A model generated the notes under the pieces. It was not told the DNA's origin, searched no databases, and saw only the letters and a list, made by a program, of their open reading frames with translations. Shown piece after piece: positions 24,780-39,600 of a DNA stretch of 64,000 bases; the first letter of the stretch is position 1; every line of letters starts with the position of its first letter. A program made the translations under genes and the position numbers. The stretch is taken from the NCBI GenBank assembly GCA_010909165.1, contig VJWM01000249.1:124001-188000 (forward strand). Reading direction: 5' to 3'. The stretch is from Anthoceros angustus (lineage: Eukaryota > Plantae > Anthocerotophyta).

Positions 24780-27700
24780 GGGTGGAGCGAGGAGCGCGGT
24801 GTGTAGAGCGCAAGGGGCGCAGCGTGTGGCGTGCGATGTGCAAAGCGTCGGTGCGTGTTCGGTGGGTTGTTTTGGGTTTTGGTGGGTTGTGGACTCTCTT
24901 GGCGGGGGCCTCTGGCCAGCCTATTAGGGCTCACCATACGGAGTGCACCCTCTATATGTTCAATAAAGGCCGGGGATTTTCTTTCACCGGTCCCCGATGG
25001 CTCCTTGGCCCTAACTCTCCCGAGTCTTTTTGTCGTCGGTACTTGTTCCCTCTTTAAACTTTTTCCGCTATTTGTTCTTTTCAGTTCGCGTAGCTGTGGT
25101 TATCGTTCCTGTTTATCCCCCGGCACTTTCCAGATTCTCTAATTATTGTGGGGAGAGTTCTATGCTCTCCCGAATGGAGTGGCCCACACCTTTTGGAACC
25201 CTTAAGGACACTCCCTGTCCGGTCTGTGCCTAGCCTCGTTGCGGAATTAAAGGAGTAAAACCCACATTGGGCATATGCATAAGGACTTCGACCAGACTAC
25301 TTGCACGGCCCAAGTACGTCTTGCCACCCCCACCAGCTCTATAGAGCAGGATCTGGTGTCTAGATCCATTCTTGTAGGGTACCTCCTTCATCTCGGGAAT
25401 GGTTGCGGACTCAGCTGGACCACATCCTCAGGCTGTTTGAAACCCACTTTCCTTGCCCGTGCATCTTTCGTAGGCTCCCGAGGCACCTCCGCGATGATGC
25501 CTGCTTAGCATTCCGTCTTCCTATCACCACCTTGCGCTTGACTCCCATGACGAGTTGGCTTGGTGTCTCCTTTTGCTTCTCCCTCGGTGGTGTTTGCTCT
25601 GTACCAGGGGTGGGGCTTCTGGCCATGGAGGTCACAGGCTTCGGGCCGACAATTGGGCATCTCTCCAACAGGAGACTTTGCATGCTCCTAAGGCTCGTCC
25701 GGTGCGCAACGGATGGAAGAGGCACCAGGAAATGCGGTAAACCTGCGGGGCTACAAGTTGTTAGGAGCATGTGAATTTGCCCAGGTTGCCAGGGCCCTTC
25801 GCCCCTCCTTAGACCGGAGGCTGAAGCTATCTCCCCTGCAGGGATTGGCAAATCTGGGGGGATCCCCGACGGAGACTAGATATGGCACTTGGACAACTTG
25901 ACCTTCAAGCTCACCAAAGAAAGCTCTTGAGAGAAGAGCTCAAAGGCCTCGTTGACCTTGTCCCTAGGCCCGAGGATGTGAGAGTCGTCTGCCAATGAAG
26001 GGAAGACACGGTCACATGCTAAGAAGGCAGCCCTAGATAGGGCCCTGTAGTGAGCGATGATAAAGAGAGCACCACCTAGAGGGTAGCCCTGCCTGGTACC
26101 TGTGGCCGACTCCAAGATAGAAATGGCAAATCCCGATGATACGTTCTTGTGATGATAGTAGAGGTTGGAGGACCTCCCATAGAAACACCTAACAAAAAGG
26201 ATAAGGCTCCCCAAGACAGCGCCAGCGTCCTTGAGTTCCTTGAAGATGACACTTCTAGAGATGGTATTGAAGGCGTTCTCCACGTCCACCTATAAGACCC
26301 CACTCTGGATGGGTGTCAAGGCACGTCTTCACTCCAAACACCATGGACTCGCAACCCCCCGGAGTGGCAATGCCAAATTGAAGGGGATTGAAGTGCTGTT
26401 GGAGAAGGAGTGGCATTGGAGGGCAATAGTACGGTTAAGAAGCCGCATGAAGGGTTCCCCAACCTTAAGAAGACGCACACCTGAGGAGGGAGTGGCCTTG
26501 ACATGTCCATGGCACCTAGCCTGCTAGATATGAGAACTTGGAAGATCCAATTAGCCGTCTCACCCCAAGCCACAGCAACAGCCAGGGAAAAGAGCTCCGG
26601 GAAGCCGCTAGAAAGGTCTTCGGGGAGAAAAAGATCCTTGAGATGTTCGAACACCATTCCAGACAGCCCAGCAGATGAGAGATGTGGGGCCGTAGAGAGG
26701 GCCACAGCGAAAGCTGTCCGATCTAGGGCGAAGGGGTCCTCAAAGACAGACTCGTATATGTCCGAGGGAAATGACATCCTTCGGGGCTGAATGGAGGGCT
26801 CAGAGGGCCGCAACGGTCTCCTTTGAAGCAGGGGCCAAAGAGAAGGGGGATACGTCCAGCGATAGCAGACCTAATATTCCTCCAAGTTCCACTGGCAAGG
26901 ATGCTTGCCAGCGAGCAAGATCGCCTGTAGGGAACTCGAAAGCTCCCAAGGCCCATGATGTCACCTAGAATGTTCATGATCTTCCTATCAAACCCGTGTA
27001 GTCGAGCAGGGGGAGGCAGGGGCAGCGTCACGAATGAGGTAACTAGAGCACTTGGCATAACAGAAAGAAAGTATACCAAAGGCCAAATGTGCATCCTCCA
27101 GCAAAGGAAGGTCCTTGATGTGGGAGAGGTCTTCGGGAGAAAAAGATCCTTGAGATGTTCGAACACCATTCAGGGCAAGCCGGATGAGATGTGGGGTAGA
27201 GAGAACCCAGGTCCGATCTAGGCGAAGGTCCTCAAAGGCAGACTCGTATATGTCCGAGGAAATGACATCCTTGAGTGAATGGAGGGCTCGAGGGCATAGC
27301 GGTCTCCTTTGAGCGAGGCCAAGAGAAGGGGATACGTCCAGCGATAGCAGACCTAATATTCCTCCAAGTTCCACTGGCAAGGATGCTTGCCAGCGAGCAA
27401 GATCGCCTGTAGGGAACTCGAAAGCTCCCAAGGCCCATGATGTCACCTAGAATGTTCATGATCTTCCTATCAAACCCGTGTAGTCGAGCAGGGGGAGGCA
27501 GGGGCAGCGTCACGAATGAGGTAACTAGAGCACTTGGCATATGAAGAAAGTATACCAAAGGCCAAATGTGCATCCTCCGGCAAAGGAAGGTCCTTGATGT
27601 GGGAGAGGTCTTCGGGAGAAAAAGATCCTTGAGATGTTCGAACACCATTCAGGGCAAGCCGGATGAGATGTGGGGTAGAGAGAACCCAGGTCCGATCTAG

Positions 27701-29356
27701 GCGAAGGTCCTCAAAGGCAGACTCGTATATGTCCGAGGAAATGACATCCTTGAGTGAATGGAGGGCTCGAGGGCATAGCGGTCTCCTTTGAGCGAGGCCA
27801 AGAGAAGGGGATACGTCCAGCGATAGCAGACCTAATATTCCTCCAAGTTCCACTGGCAAGGATGCTTGCCAGCGAGCAAGATCGCCTGTAGGGAACTCGA
27901 AAGCTCCCAAGGCCCATGATGTCACCTAGAATGTTCATGATCTTCCTATCAAACCCGTGTAGTCGGAACGAAAGGACTGGAGACGGGGGCAACGTACGAA
28001 TGAGGTAACTAGAGCACTTGGCATAACAGAAAGAAAGTATACCAAAGGCCAAATGTGCATCCTCCAGCAAAGGAAGGTCCTTGATGTGGGAGAGGTCTTC
28101 CGCGAGAGCCTGGCTAAGGAAGCTCCCAATGAAGTTCGGGGAACCGAAGGGGACTCCTCCCCAACAACATTCTTGTGCAGCTGGGCCCTCTCTACCCCTG
28201 CTTTGGCCTCCCACTTCATCCTCCAGGACAGGCCCTTTCTGGAGGACTTTGTATTAGGAGTGGAGGAGGGAACTTTCCCTCTCCAAGTATTCCCCAGGCA
28301 AGCCAGGGATATGTTATCGGCTGATACGCGGCAGGACTTCCCTCCCTTCACGACGTTCATCATCGATGGCTTCAGGGGGTTGCAAGCCTCTCTGCTTGAG
28401 AAGCAACTTGGTCAGGCCTTCCAGCCCGTCCTCATGGACCCCTCCATCCCCAGGTCCATAAGACCTCAGCTTCGCTCTTGCTCTAGGAAAGGCGTAGATG
28501 CCTGGCTACTGGCTCGTCCATGTATACAGGGCTTTCACATTGCACCAACCACCTTCTCTACTGCGATGCACTTCCATCTTGGCTTGCTCTAGTCTGTGGC
28601 TTCCTCTCTCCTTACTTGCCAGTGCGGCTCTGCCCTTAATGACTGCGGAATACACCTCGCTCATTGCCCCTATGGGGATCATTTTATTTCCACCCATGAC
28701 GCCATCCGCGATGTCATGTTCGCCATTGCCCGCGAAAGTGGCTGCAGGGGCTAGAGGGAGTGGGGGTACACTTCTCATACCGGTGGGCTAATCACGGCTG
28801 ACTTGTACTTCGTCCGGGGCGATCGGGTTTCGGTAGCGGACATGGTGGTAACTGACCCTGCATGCGACTCCATCTCTGCACAGGTTATCACTAACCGTCC
28901 AGGTTGGGCTGCTGTCGGGCTATCAAAGTCAGGAACTATAGCAGGATGCAAGCAGGCCACCAATTCATTCCGCTCGCCCTTGAAACATATGGGGCGTTGG
29001 CTAAGGACTTCGATACTTTTCCCAAATCCTACGCTAAGGCTTATCACGCCCGCAAGCATGGAGCGGGGGTGTCCCTCTCTTATTTTACGGCATTCTTTAG
29101 ACAGCGTGTTTCAATTGCTCTTCAACGGGCCATCTCTACGGCGACCATCCACCAAGCAGCAATAGCAACTAACGCATCGTCCTCTACCTTCATAGTTTGT
29201 AGGCCGTTTTCTCTTCCTGCGTATGACATCAAAGGCGCAGTCAGTAACTTCCGGTAGGGAGCTTTGTGGCTCCTTTTCACCTCGACCCTTTAAGTCCCCC
29301 TTGGTTGTCCTCTACCGGATGGGCTTTTCCCATCAATTTTTTTCCCTCAATAAAAA
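24780..29356 (+). mobile_element. Rearranged non-LTR retrotransposon with restriction-like endonuclease (CRE/RLE-type)
   Basis: N-terminal C2H2 finger CPVC..HIGHMH (~25215, +). RT motifs DVENAFN, GTRQGYPLGGALF and LADD (25876-26289, -). C-terminal CQC..HLAHC..HDAIRD knuckle and ADL..D..V...FIPLALETYG endonuclease region (28610-29257, +). A-rich 3' end at ~29349-29356. The 5' boundary is approximate. Confidence 0.85.
26650..28100 (-). repeat. ~480-bp unit triplicated across the inversion junction inside the LINE
   Basis: gatacgtccagcgatagcagacctaatattcctcc at ~26850, ~27331 and ~27810. Confidence 0.9.
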
Positions 29357-31592
29357 TTGTACTTGAACCTGTGGTATTAATAATGTCTCCACTAAAACGG
29401 GTTTACTCCTAGATCCTATTTTGAGCTTCAACACTCTATTAAAAAAACCACTTTGAGGTCAAGGTGGAATTGGTTTTGAGCTCCAATGGTGATTTTCTAT
29501 AAAAACACAGCGGAATACTGAGCCACTACTGGTAGTATTCATTTTGGATTAAAGGGAAAAACTTACTAGTTCGACTCTTCAAGCTCTAGAGTGGAGTATT
29601 TTGCTCCAAAATCAAAGAAAATATATGCTACTTTTCGAAGACACTGGTCTTTGCCCTAGGCTTTAATACTCCAACCTATTCAGAAGATGATGCCTAAAAA
29701 TTCAAAGGTTGCTCCTAGCTAGACCCAGACACCCCTCTTGTTCGGAGGGATCGGCTACTTTAGGGAAGTTATGTTTTTATCTACTTTTACAACTGCTGCC
29801 CCTTGGCAAGAAGTGCAAGGTAGCCCTACCATAATATATATTATAAGTTGCAAGATCCAACGATAACCTCTTCTGACTTTACTGTCTGTCTTCATTTCTT
29901 CTTGACTTTCTCTTTTTAGTTCGCTTTTTATTGCCCATTTTGTTCCCCTCTCCCTCAAAGCCTTTTGGATATCTATTCTTTGGAAACAGGCATCAACTGC
30001 TTTTTTGTCACGCTCTTGCATCTCCCCATTTGCTCGTTTAATAAGAAGAGTTGGAACACATTCCACTTGCTCAAGTTGAGATGTAGTGTTCATGTTCTCC
30101 TCTAAATTTTGCGATGCACTTCCATCTTGGCTTGCTCTGATGGCTTCCTCTCTCCTTACTTGCCGGTCTTGTCGCCCTTAATAGCGCGGAATACACCTCG
30201 CTCATTGCCCCTATGGGGATCATTTTATTTCCACCCATGGCGCCATCCGCGATGTCATGTTCGCCATTGCCCCAGTGGTGCAGGGCTAGAGGGAGTGGGG
30301 TACACTTCTCATCTGGGTGGGCTAATCACGGTGACTTGTACCGTCCGGGCGATCGGGTTTGATGGCGGACATGGTGGTAGCGACCACATGCGACTCCATC
30401 TGCGGTTATCACTGACTCTTGGTTTGGGCTATCAAAGTCGGGAACTATAGCGGGATGCAAGCAGGCCACCAATTCATTCCGCTCGCCCTTGAAACATATG
30501 GGGCGTTGGCTAAGGACTTCGATACTTTTCCCAAATCCTACGCTAAGGCTTATCACGCCCGCAAGCATGGAGCGGGGGTGTCCCTCTCTTATTTTACGGC
30601 ATTCTTTAGACAGCGTGTTTCAATTGCTCTTCAACGGGCCATCTCTACGGCGACCATCCACCAAGCAGCAATAGCAACTAACGCATCGTCCTCTACCTTC
30701 ATAGTTTGTAGGCCGTTTTCTCTTCCTGCGTATGACATCAAAGGCGCAATCGGTAACTTCGGTGGGAGCTTTGTGGCTCCTTTTCACCGACTTTAAGTCC
30801 CCCTTGGTTGTCCTCTCTGGGATGGGCTTTTCCCATCAATTTTTTCCCTCAATAAAATTGTACTTGAACCCTGGTATTAATAATGTCTCCACTAAAACGG
30901 GTTTACTCCTAGATCCTATTTTGAGCTTCAACACTCTATTAAAAAAACCACTTTGAGGTCAAGGTGGAATTGGTTTTGAGCTCCAATGGTGATTTTCTAT
31001 AAAAACACAGCGGAATACTGAGCCACTACTGGTAGTATTCATTTTGGATTAAAGGGAAAAACTTACTAGTTCGACTCTTCAAGCTCTAGAGTGGAGTATT
31101 TTGCTCCAAAATCAAAGAAAATATATGCTACTTTTAGAAGACCTTTGGTCTTTGCCCTAGGCTTTAATACTCCAACCTATTCGGAAGATGATGCCTAAAA
31201 ATTCAAAGGTTGCTCCTAGCTGAGAGACACCCCTCTTGTTCGGAGGGATCGGCTACTTTAGGAAGTTATGTTTTATCTACTTTTACAAGCTGCTTGCAAG
31301 AAGTGCAGTAGCCCTACCATAATATATATTATAAGTTGCAAGATCCAACGATAACCTCTTGACTTTCATGCATCTTCATTTCTTCTTGACTTTCTCTTTT
31401 AGTTGCTTTTATTGCCCATTTTGTTCCCCTCTCCCTCAAAGCCTTTTGGATATCTATTCTTTGGAAACAGGCATCAACTGCTTTTTTGTCACGCTCTTGC
31501 ATCTCCCCATTTGCTCGTTTAATAAGAAGAGTTGGAACACATTCCACTTGCTCAAGTTGAGATGTAGTGTTCATGTTCTCCTCTAAATTTTG
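28561..31592 (+). repeat. ~1.5-kb tandem duplication of the LINE 3' end plus flanking DNA
   Basis: 28561-30108 is repeated at 30109-31592. The duplicated ORFs 28904-29257/30419-30796 and 29755-30093/31329-31574 confirm it. Confidence 0.92.
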
Positions 31593-33607
31593 TACGTATG
31601 CAAATATAATGCAGGTAGATAGGCAAAAACATAAATATAAAGAGAAAAAAAAAACTATGCAAATGTAGAGGCAAAAATACTCAACTATCTTGATTTTTAC
31701 TTGTGTTTGTGTGTCTGTGTGTGTTTCCTCTGTGGTTAAAAGATTCGGGCAAAATTGCTTGACCTAACAACTTATCAAACTGCATGTCACCTTTTTGTTT
31801 GCATCCAATATAGACAAAGGGCGAAACGTCGGCGTATGTCTCAAAATATTTTAATTGACGTAAAATAAGCTGCAATTCTCCATCACACTTAATCCAAAAA
31901 ACTTCACTTTTGTTTAGCTAGAGTCCCTGACATTCTAGGTTCAAAATCCCCTGAGACTCTAGGTCTAAAATCTCTTTGTGTTTGGTGCTTTTTATGTTGC
32001 CTCAACAATTGTTACTCCAATTACCAAGTGATAGTATATAGGATGCACTACTAGCACAATTTAGATGACATAGAACATGGCGCTAAAAGGCCTTTATATA
32101 GGAGGTGCGCTAATCAAGCACCTAACATGATAGCACCACTAAACCTAAATAATATTTTACTTTCCCTTGTGGAACGTTCCAACTATGAAACTTTACTACT
32201 AGTTGATTACTTTTTGAAGTCCTTTATGCAGATTGTGCGTAGACTATGGCTCAGGCGCCATACGAAGTCTAGATGAGGTTTGTGCACAACGATACCCTAG
32301 AGACAATGACAGTACAAGGATATGCAGCTGCCACCACATGGGGCTAACTAGCACGAGGGAGAAGCTTGCAATGAAATGGCTTTGCAGCATCACATGGGAG
32401 CTGGGGATATCACTTTTTTACTACCCAAAATTCAAAATTGTGTTTTTGACTCAAAGTTTGGGTTTTTTTTTTTTTTTTTGGGGCATGAGAGACTTGAAGG
32501 AATGCTTTAAGTAAAGAGTGTTTTAATGTAGTGTTTGATTTAAGTTTTCTTTCTGACCGCGATTTGGCCTTAAGCAACGTATTTTGAAAAAATGATTGTG
32601 AACTGTTGCATTGTCCATGATCTAAATATGGACTATCTTAGAAAATAGACCGGATTACTCCTCTCTTTGTGCTTAAATTTGGTTCGAAACTACATATAGG
32701 GCAGCATACCACTATAGAGCGGAAAAATTTGTTCCATGTCATTCGATCGTGAGTCTCAAAGTGGAATAATCTGCTCTAGGTAATAATTTGCTCTAATTAA
32801 TAATCTTCGTAAGTATGGAGGAAGTCTGATCCGTTCAGATGCTAGTATGGCTTTAGAAGATTTACAACTCTTGCAATACTTCTTGATCCCATCATTGTTT
32901 TGCATAAGACATAACACCAAAAATATCAATATCTGGTTATAAGTAAATAATATATAACTTAACCAAAATATATTTTAATAATATAATATAAAAATCAAAA
33001 TCAAAATAAGACCTGAAATGTATTATTGTATTGAAGCTTGAAGCAAAAGTACACACCATGATGGAGCAAACGTACACACCAACGAAGCGTTAGCGCGGAG
33101 ACGTAGACGCGCCGAGGCCTAGTGGTATGGCGAGCCACTGAAACGAGGAGGGGAGGTGGTATACCGTGGTGTGGAGGCCCATACGCTTCATAGAGTGGCG
33201 AGGTTCTGTATAGAGAAAAGATACCGGGTAACTGGAAAGTTCGTATCGATACCGGTATGTGCCCATGTGGGTCCAACACGCCATTGGCAGATTTCTGCGA
33301 CTACTGGACATGGCCTTCATCCCGCACGAGTCCCTCCGTTTTGTCTTTAACTTCTGGACGATAACGTCGTTTGCACTTCTGGATGTACATAGACTGACAA
33401 ACCTTTGTGACGAGCATATGCTAAGCACGCACTGAAAGGAAACCGACGATTTTCACGCTTTAACCCGACGTTTCATATCGGGCGTGCAGTTTTGATTCGA
33501 GACTCTTGACTCGAAGATTTCGAAGACGGCCGCACATCACGTACAAGAGGGGTGTTTCGCAAGTCTGAGAACATAAAGGAACGTGGTTGACAATTCAATT
33601 CAGCACC

Positions 33608-36600
33608 TTACGTCTCCCAAAACTTCGTCGGATCGGGACTGTAGAGGCTGTAGTCTTGTATTTCTACATTGCTGATATGCAAATCAACCACCCAGCATTG
33701 CAGAAGATCGCATAGTAAGAGCAAACCCGGTAACAGCCACCTAGTGTTCTCTTCCCTGCAATTTAAGCATTAGTTAAAGGGGTTAGCCCACCCACTAGAA
33801 ATAGGATCTCAATGTCCAACCACTACTACTAGTACAACAACAACAACAACAACAACAACAGAGAAGAACGATCGGGAGAGGATAGGTTTGGAAATTACGC
33901 ATTAAAGTGCAAGGATTCTAGGTTCTTGTGTACTGTTGAGATGTGCCCAAGCCTGAAGGAGACAAAGCCATATACCAAGGCAACGATCTGCACAAGAACG
34001 GTAAGCCGACCATTTATGAACAATGTTGGAAGTCATCCACTCGGACCTGCTCCGTTTGTAACCTCACCGTAGAAAAAGGTAACCGTTCTACAGTAGACAC
34101 CCACTCCAATTGGAAACATCAAGACAACGATAGGAATCTTACGGCATTTGCCATAGAAGTGACATTCCATAGGGCATAAAGTCGAGTTAGCCCAGGCGCA
34201 TTACGGCCAAAGCTGAAAAGAGCATTCAGCCCAGCAGCAATGGACAACATCGGAGCAAGTGGAAGTACCAGGAGGAACAGGAGGAAAGAAATAAGAGAAA
34301 TAGATAGGTACTGGAAAAAAGTAAGCCCTGTTAAGCTTAAATCGGCAAGTATGAGAAACAAGAGAATTAACCCCACAAGGGCCTGCAACCAGGAGTGACA
34401 AGTTTTGTGAGCCACTGGAACGTGTTAAAGTGCAAACAAGAAGAAAAACACAAACCACACAAACCACTTGCCTGATGACCGGGAGGTTTTGTGTTCTGCA
34501 ATAAGCGTGAAAGTGGGAAAAGGAGATCCCTTCTGTCCTTCAAAGATTCGAGTGAATCTTCGTGAATAATAGCTACACCAAGCCTCCTCCGAGACGAACT
34601 CAGACTTGTGTAATTTGCACTTGATGACCACTGCTGGGAAGGGAGAAGCAGCGCACTTTCGGTATCTCCATAGTTAGACCTACAAGCTTATCCCAGGTTA
34701 CAGATGGACAATATGGAGTATTATGCATCAACAAAGAGAGTCCCAGACAGTCACCTGTCAAACTGTGGTGGGATGGATCCTATAAGGTCGGTAGGGTCCT
34801 GTGACGAATACTCAGCAACATTCACCGCGATGCCAAGTTGAAAACTTCTAGAGGAAGTGGCTTGAAACCAGGCCAGATCTACCCGCACGCCATGTTCAAG
34901 AAACCAGGGGTTTGCATGACTGTCCAGCCATTGTACAACTGGAAGAAGACTGCGGCGCAGACTACCTCTTCGCACAACACGAAGCTGTGCATTTAACCCT
35001 GCCACAAACCGATACCACATCGTTGCAGGCATTACCTGCATCAGAAACTAACAGGAATCAGTACTTGAGAATTAACTTCAGTTCTTTATCCATCGCTTGA
35101 ATCCCAGATCAGGCACGTAGTTGACAACAACCTCAAAAGCACGTTGTCCAGGGACACACCTGCCCCAGAAGGCTAGTAAGCAGATTGTCGCTATGCAGAC
35201 TGTATGGGGCCATATAGCTTCCATCCCCACCAAAAATAATTGACATTGGTAGTCGCTGAAGCAGCTTTGGAGGAAGGTCAGGCCTCTTCTCATCCCCGCC
35301 GAGAAATACATCGATGTATGCTAACATCAGATCTGGTGTTGCTGCAACCTGCAGCCCACACCTTTCAGTTGAGAACACGGTTCACAAGACATGCCCTGCA
35401 AACGTGAGCACGACTCAGGCGCCAACAACTAGCTAGCGTCATGTGCAGGGGAGGCGAGCAGACCTTCAGCCCTTCATACAATGCCCTTGATCTACAAGAT
35501 CGAAGACATGCATGATCATATTCAGAACGCACGAAGTCCCTGAGCCGCTGGACCTTTTTTCTGCGTCTCCACTGTTGCCAAGACCATGCAAAAGGGTATG
35601 CCAACACTGATAAAATACTATGCACTGAACCTTCCCACCATGGATATGCAGCCAGCCTGTTTAGCTCATCAGCAAATCGATTAAAAGCATCCTCATACCT
35701 GAGAACACAACGGCCAGGTCAGAGAGTTCCCATGGTGAGCAACAAATCAGACCTCTATGAGGCAGAAACATACACAAGCTCCTTGATTTGTTCTGGGGGC
35801 GAAGGAGGTAAATGCCAAGGTTCACCAAACGAGTTACAACCCATAAAAAAAATCCTGTGGACGTGAGAGTGAGATTCTTCCACCCTGTTGTTTTCCATAA
35901 CCTGCCATCACACACAGCAGACAGTAAATACCACCCCACCAAAAGACATGCCTGTTCCTCAGAACCACAAGCTGTCGAGAAAAAAGGGCAGCCAAGAAGA
36001 CTGTAGTTCAAGCAACATGGATAACTACTTACTACACTTCATTGTTCAAATCATACAAGAGTCACTTGCTAATGACCTGCTGTGTTTACGTCGTGTTAAC
36101 ACACCTCATTCAAAGACTCCAGAAACGGAAATGAGTGATCAATGTGTGTCCCATGGCGTGTTGGTGTTGGGCCAGAGAAGTCGTCTGTCCCAATCAACTT
36201 CATGCGGGCAACACTTAAGACAAGGGCCAGAAGCACCATAGTTCCAGCTAGAAGGACGGTAAACAACCAGGGGCCTCCAAGTGCATGGATGATCTCCTCC
36301 AATGGGGTGTAGCAATAGGGCATGCGATACTTGTCCGAAATGCACTGGTAGGGGCAGAAGGGATCTGTTGCTCCACCTGAGCCAATGAAAGTATCAGCAC
36401 CACATTTACACTACGACCCATCAAGTCTGTACAATGACCTCCAGAGAAGCAACCATACCACGAATATATGTGAAAAATGCTCGTCGTGGAAGCTGCTCAG
36501 CAGGGCATTCCTTGCACAGAGAACTGTCTGAACCTGTCACGTTCTTATATGTACCAGTCGGGCACTCCTGCATATTTTGAGATGCAAAGCTGTCAAAATG

Positions 36601-39600
36601 TCTGCCCCACAGGAATTTCTCAACCAACTAGAAAAACACCAGTTTGGATAAAATACAGATGCCTAGATTGACTGATTATATGTTAACCAAAAGACACCCT
36701 GCATGTCGTGCATCGGAGACGACAACGTACCTCACAAAACACACCATTTAATCCACTGGGACATTTCTTCCCACTAATAGTTCCATCTTCTCCTGGGAGC
36801 CCTTCATCACTTCCGGCTCCTCCTCTGGAAATCCCCACTATGTTAAAAGACATTCCCTTCATGGATGCAGTTCATGTGATGCTCAATGAAACATGGCACG
36901 TACCGTGAGTGAATGATTCCTTTCACATTAGCAATGGGGACGAAGTCCTCCCCAGTTGCAATGTTTGACCAATGGAAGTGCACCCTTCCACCAGCTCCAC
37001 CACCCCCTCCTGTGGAACCCCCATATCCACCTGCGCTGGAAACTAGGGAGTTGTTTCCAAGGGTAAGGGTCTGCAAGAAGACTAAGACACTGCCCCCAGA
37101 ACCACCTCCCGCACCCCATGTCTCGTTCACGTCTGAAATAATGCTCGAACCATCAGCAGTTACCGATCCATATACATCCAAGCTGGACAGGGGGTGGTCC
37201 AGTGAACCAAGAACTGCATCATATTAACATGGATAAAGTCAATATGGATGGTCCAAAAGTCAACTATAGAGGGCAAGTAGCTTACAGTTATTAGCATCAA
37301 ATTCAATGCAAATAAAAACCAAACACCTTACCAACTACTCCTCCGCCTGCTGAACTCTCCCCTGAACTAGAAGTCCCACCGCCACTCCCTAATTCACAGG
37401 GGAGTTCCTCAGAACCATACTTAGAGCCACCTTCCGTCCAAGTGCCATCGAAGTACCCAGGGCCTCCAATTCCTCCGTGTCCCGCACCACCCCCAGCACC
37501 CATGTCTGATGAGCTGCCTTTCCCCACTCCACCCCTACAACCTGGATTAGTCAACATTTCATGTAAGAGGAAGGACTTTGAAGGTAACATGGAACCAGAG
37601 AGATCAGCAAAAACCAACCAACCTAATCCAGATGCAGATATAACTCCTGCTGGAGCCACGGTGATTGTCCTTGCGCGCTGTACATGAACAATACTTCCCA
37701 ACACCGCGCCCTCAACTGCTACATCTTCCACTCGACACACCTGGTCCGATGAAAAGAAGCCAACTGAATTAGATCAGATTCCAGGTCCACAGTTTGCAAA
37801 AATTTGAGACCCATTGATCATTTCCACAGACTTCAAGCTGCACACATGTCTGCAAATGATTGTGAATCTAAGGAAAAGAACCAAACCTGGAGAGTGAAGG
37901 GAGTTGAGGCGTTCAACGTGCAGTCCTCTGAAGGGCTGAAAACCTCCACGGGACACATAGCACTCCCACAATATAGTGTTTCCAACCTGCAATCATATTA
38001 CACACGTCTCAGCAAGAAAAAGTCTATAGCCTGCAAATGCTTTGTTGTAGGAAGGATACCACACTTTGTAACAAGAAACAACACATACTCCTCGGAAATT
38101 GTCGAAACATCATTGAGTGGAGCCTGTAGCAATGCACCAGGTCCTATCTGTTCCAAAGAGACATAATAGTCTCAATTTCTCATCCAGTGCTAATGAATCT
38201 GAATACCAGTCACTCCTTCAACTGGCTACAGAACAACAGGGGGAGCTCGAACCTTATGGTAAGCAAATGTTCAAGCACAAACAGGACACAACTTAGCTGA
38301 GTTGCCATACATGTATAGTATAGAATAAGGACAAGAAGATGCGTTGCGCGGTTATAGTGTCGCCTAAGCTGGACAGCTTGAGTAGTCCTTGTCCGTGCAT
38401 GCCTAAATTTGCATTAGACTTGATCACCGATCCATCCTGCAAAGCAGAAAGTGCAAGTTATCAGTAAGAACCATTGCAGACCCCACAAACAGTATCATGG
38501 TGGCAATAACACACAAATTAACAATCAATCCCACTTGGAGGTCACTACCCTCTTACCTTCAAAACTGCTAGATTGCTTGCCTCCAGTGTTGATGTTCCAA
38601 CAAGAGCATCACCCCGTCCGTCAATCTCAACCACTGAATTCCACAACAAGAGCATCTTGACCACAAGCTTCAATGCTCCATACACCTGGGAGAGCAATCA
38701 CGGTCAACCAAGAACCTGTTGGAGAGTAACCCTCTTCGCATAACAGGAATGCAGTATACCTTCATTGATGCATCATTCATCAGGACTTCATCGGCAGCTA
38801 GTTCAAACTCTGAATTTGGATAGCGAGAGAGCCCAAAGCTAAGACTGCTTCGATCTGTCACTGCTACTGCAACTCGAACCTATATTGTGTTGAATTGCCA
38901 ACATTAGGCCAATGAAAAGAAAGAAAATCAATACTGCTAGTTCTTAAAAAAGTTGAACTTTTTACACTAACCTGGAATCTGCTCCAAAGCAAGGGGATGA
39001 CGGCCCTCGCATTGCCTTCAATGAAGACATTTGCCCAGAGTGGATGACTAGGGAAATCAAGTAGAAGTGTATCTGTCTGAGTTGATTTATTGTTGTTACT
39101 AACAAACAAACTCTGTGGCACAACATCAAAGTGAGTGCCTGCTGCACCAGCATTGGCAGGACAAGCAAGACTTTCACCACCTGTTCAATAAAACAAGCAT
39201 GTGTGAGGTGGAAGACAACTCCACTGTGAGGGGCAATCAAAGCAGGAATTGCAAGGTCGCAGAAACTGCATCCTACTCCAGATATTACCCACATGGGTGA
39301 TATGAAAATAACCCAAAATTAGTGCAAACCAGCATCCATACTGCAATAAACAACACCAGCTTACTAGTCAAATGTCTGCAACACAACCCCATGGAAAAAG
39401 TCTGAGGGAAAAACCATGAGCAAATATCCTCACGCCTTCCTGCCTCAAGCAGTCAATTGCTACACGACCCCCTCCACCTCCTCCTCGGCCAGTGCCACCT
39501 GCCACACTTATTTCCCCAGAACCCCTCCTGCGCAAGTAGAGTGTAAGAAAGATCACGCTGGTCACATGTTCGGCACAAATCAAGAATGGAACGATGCAAA

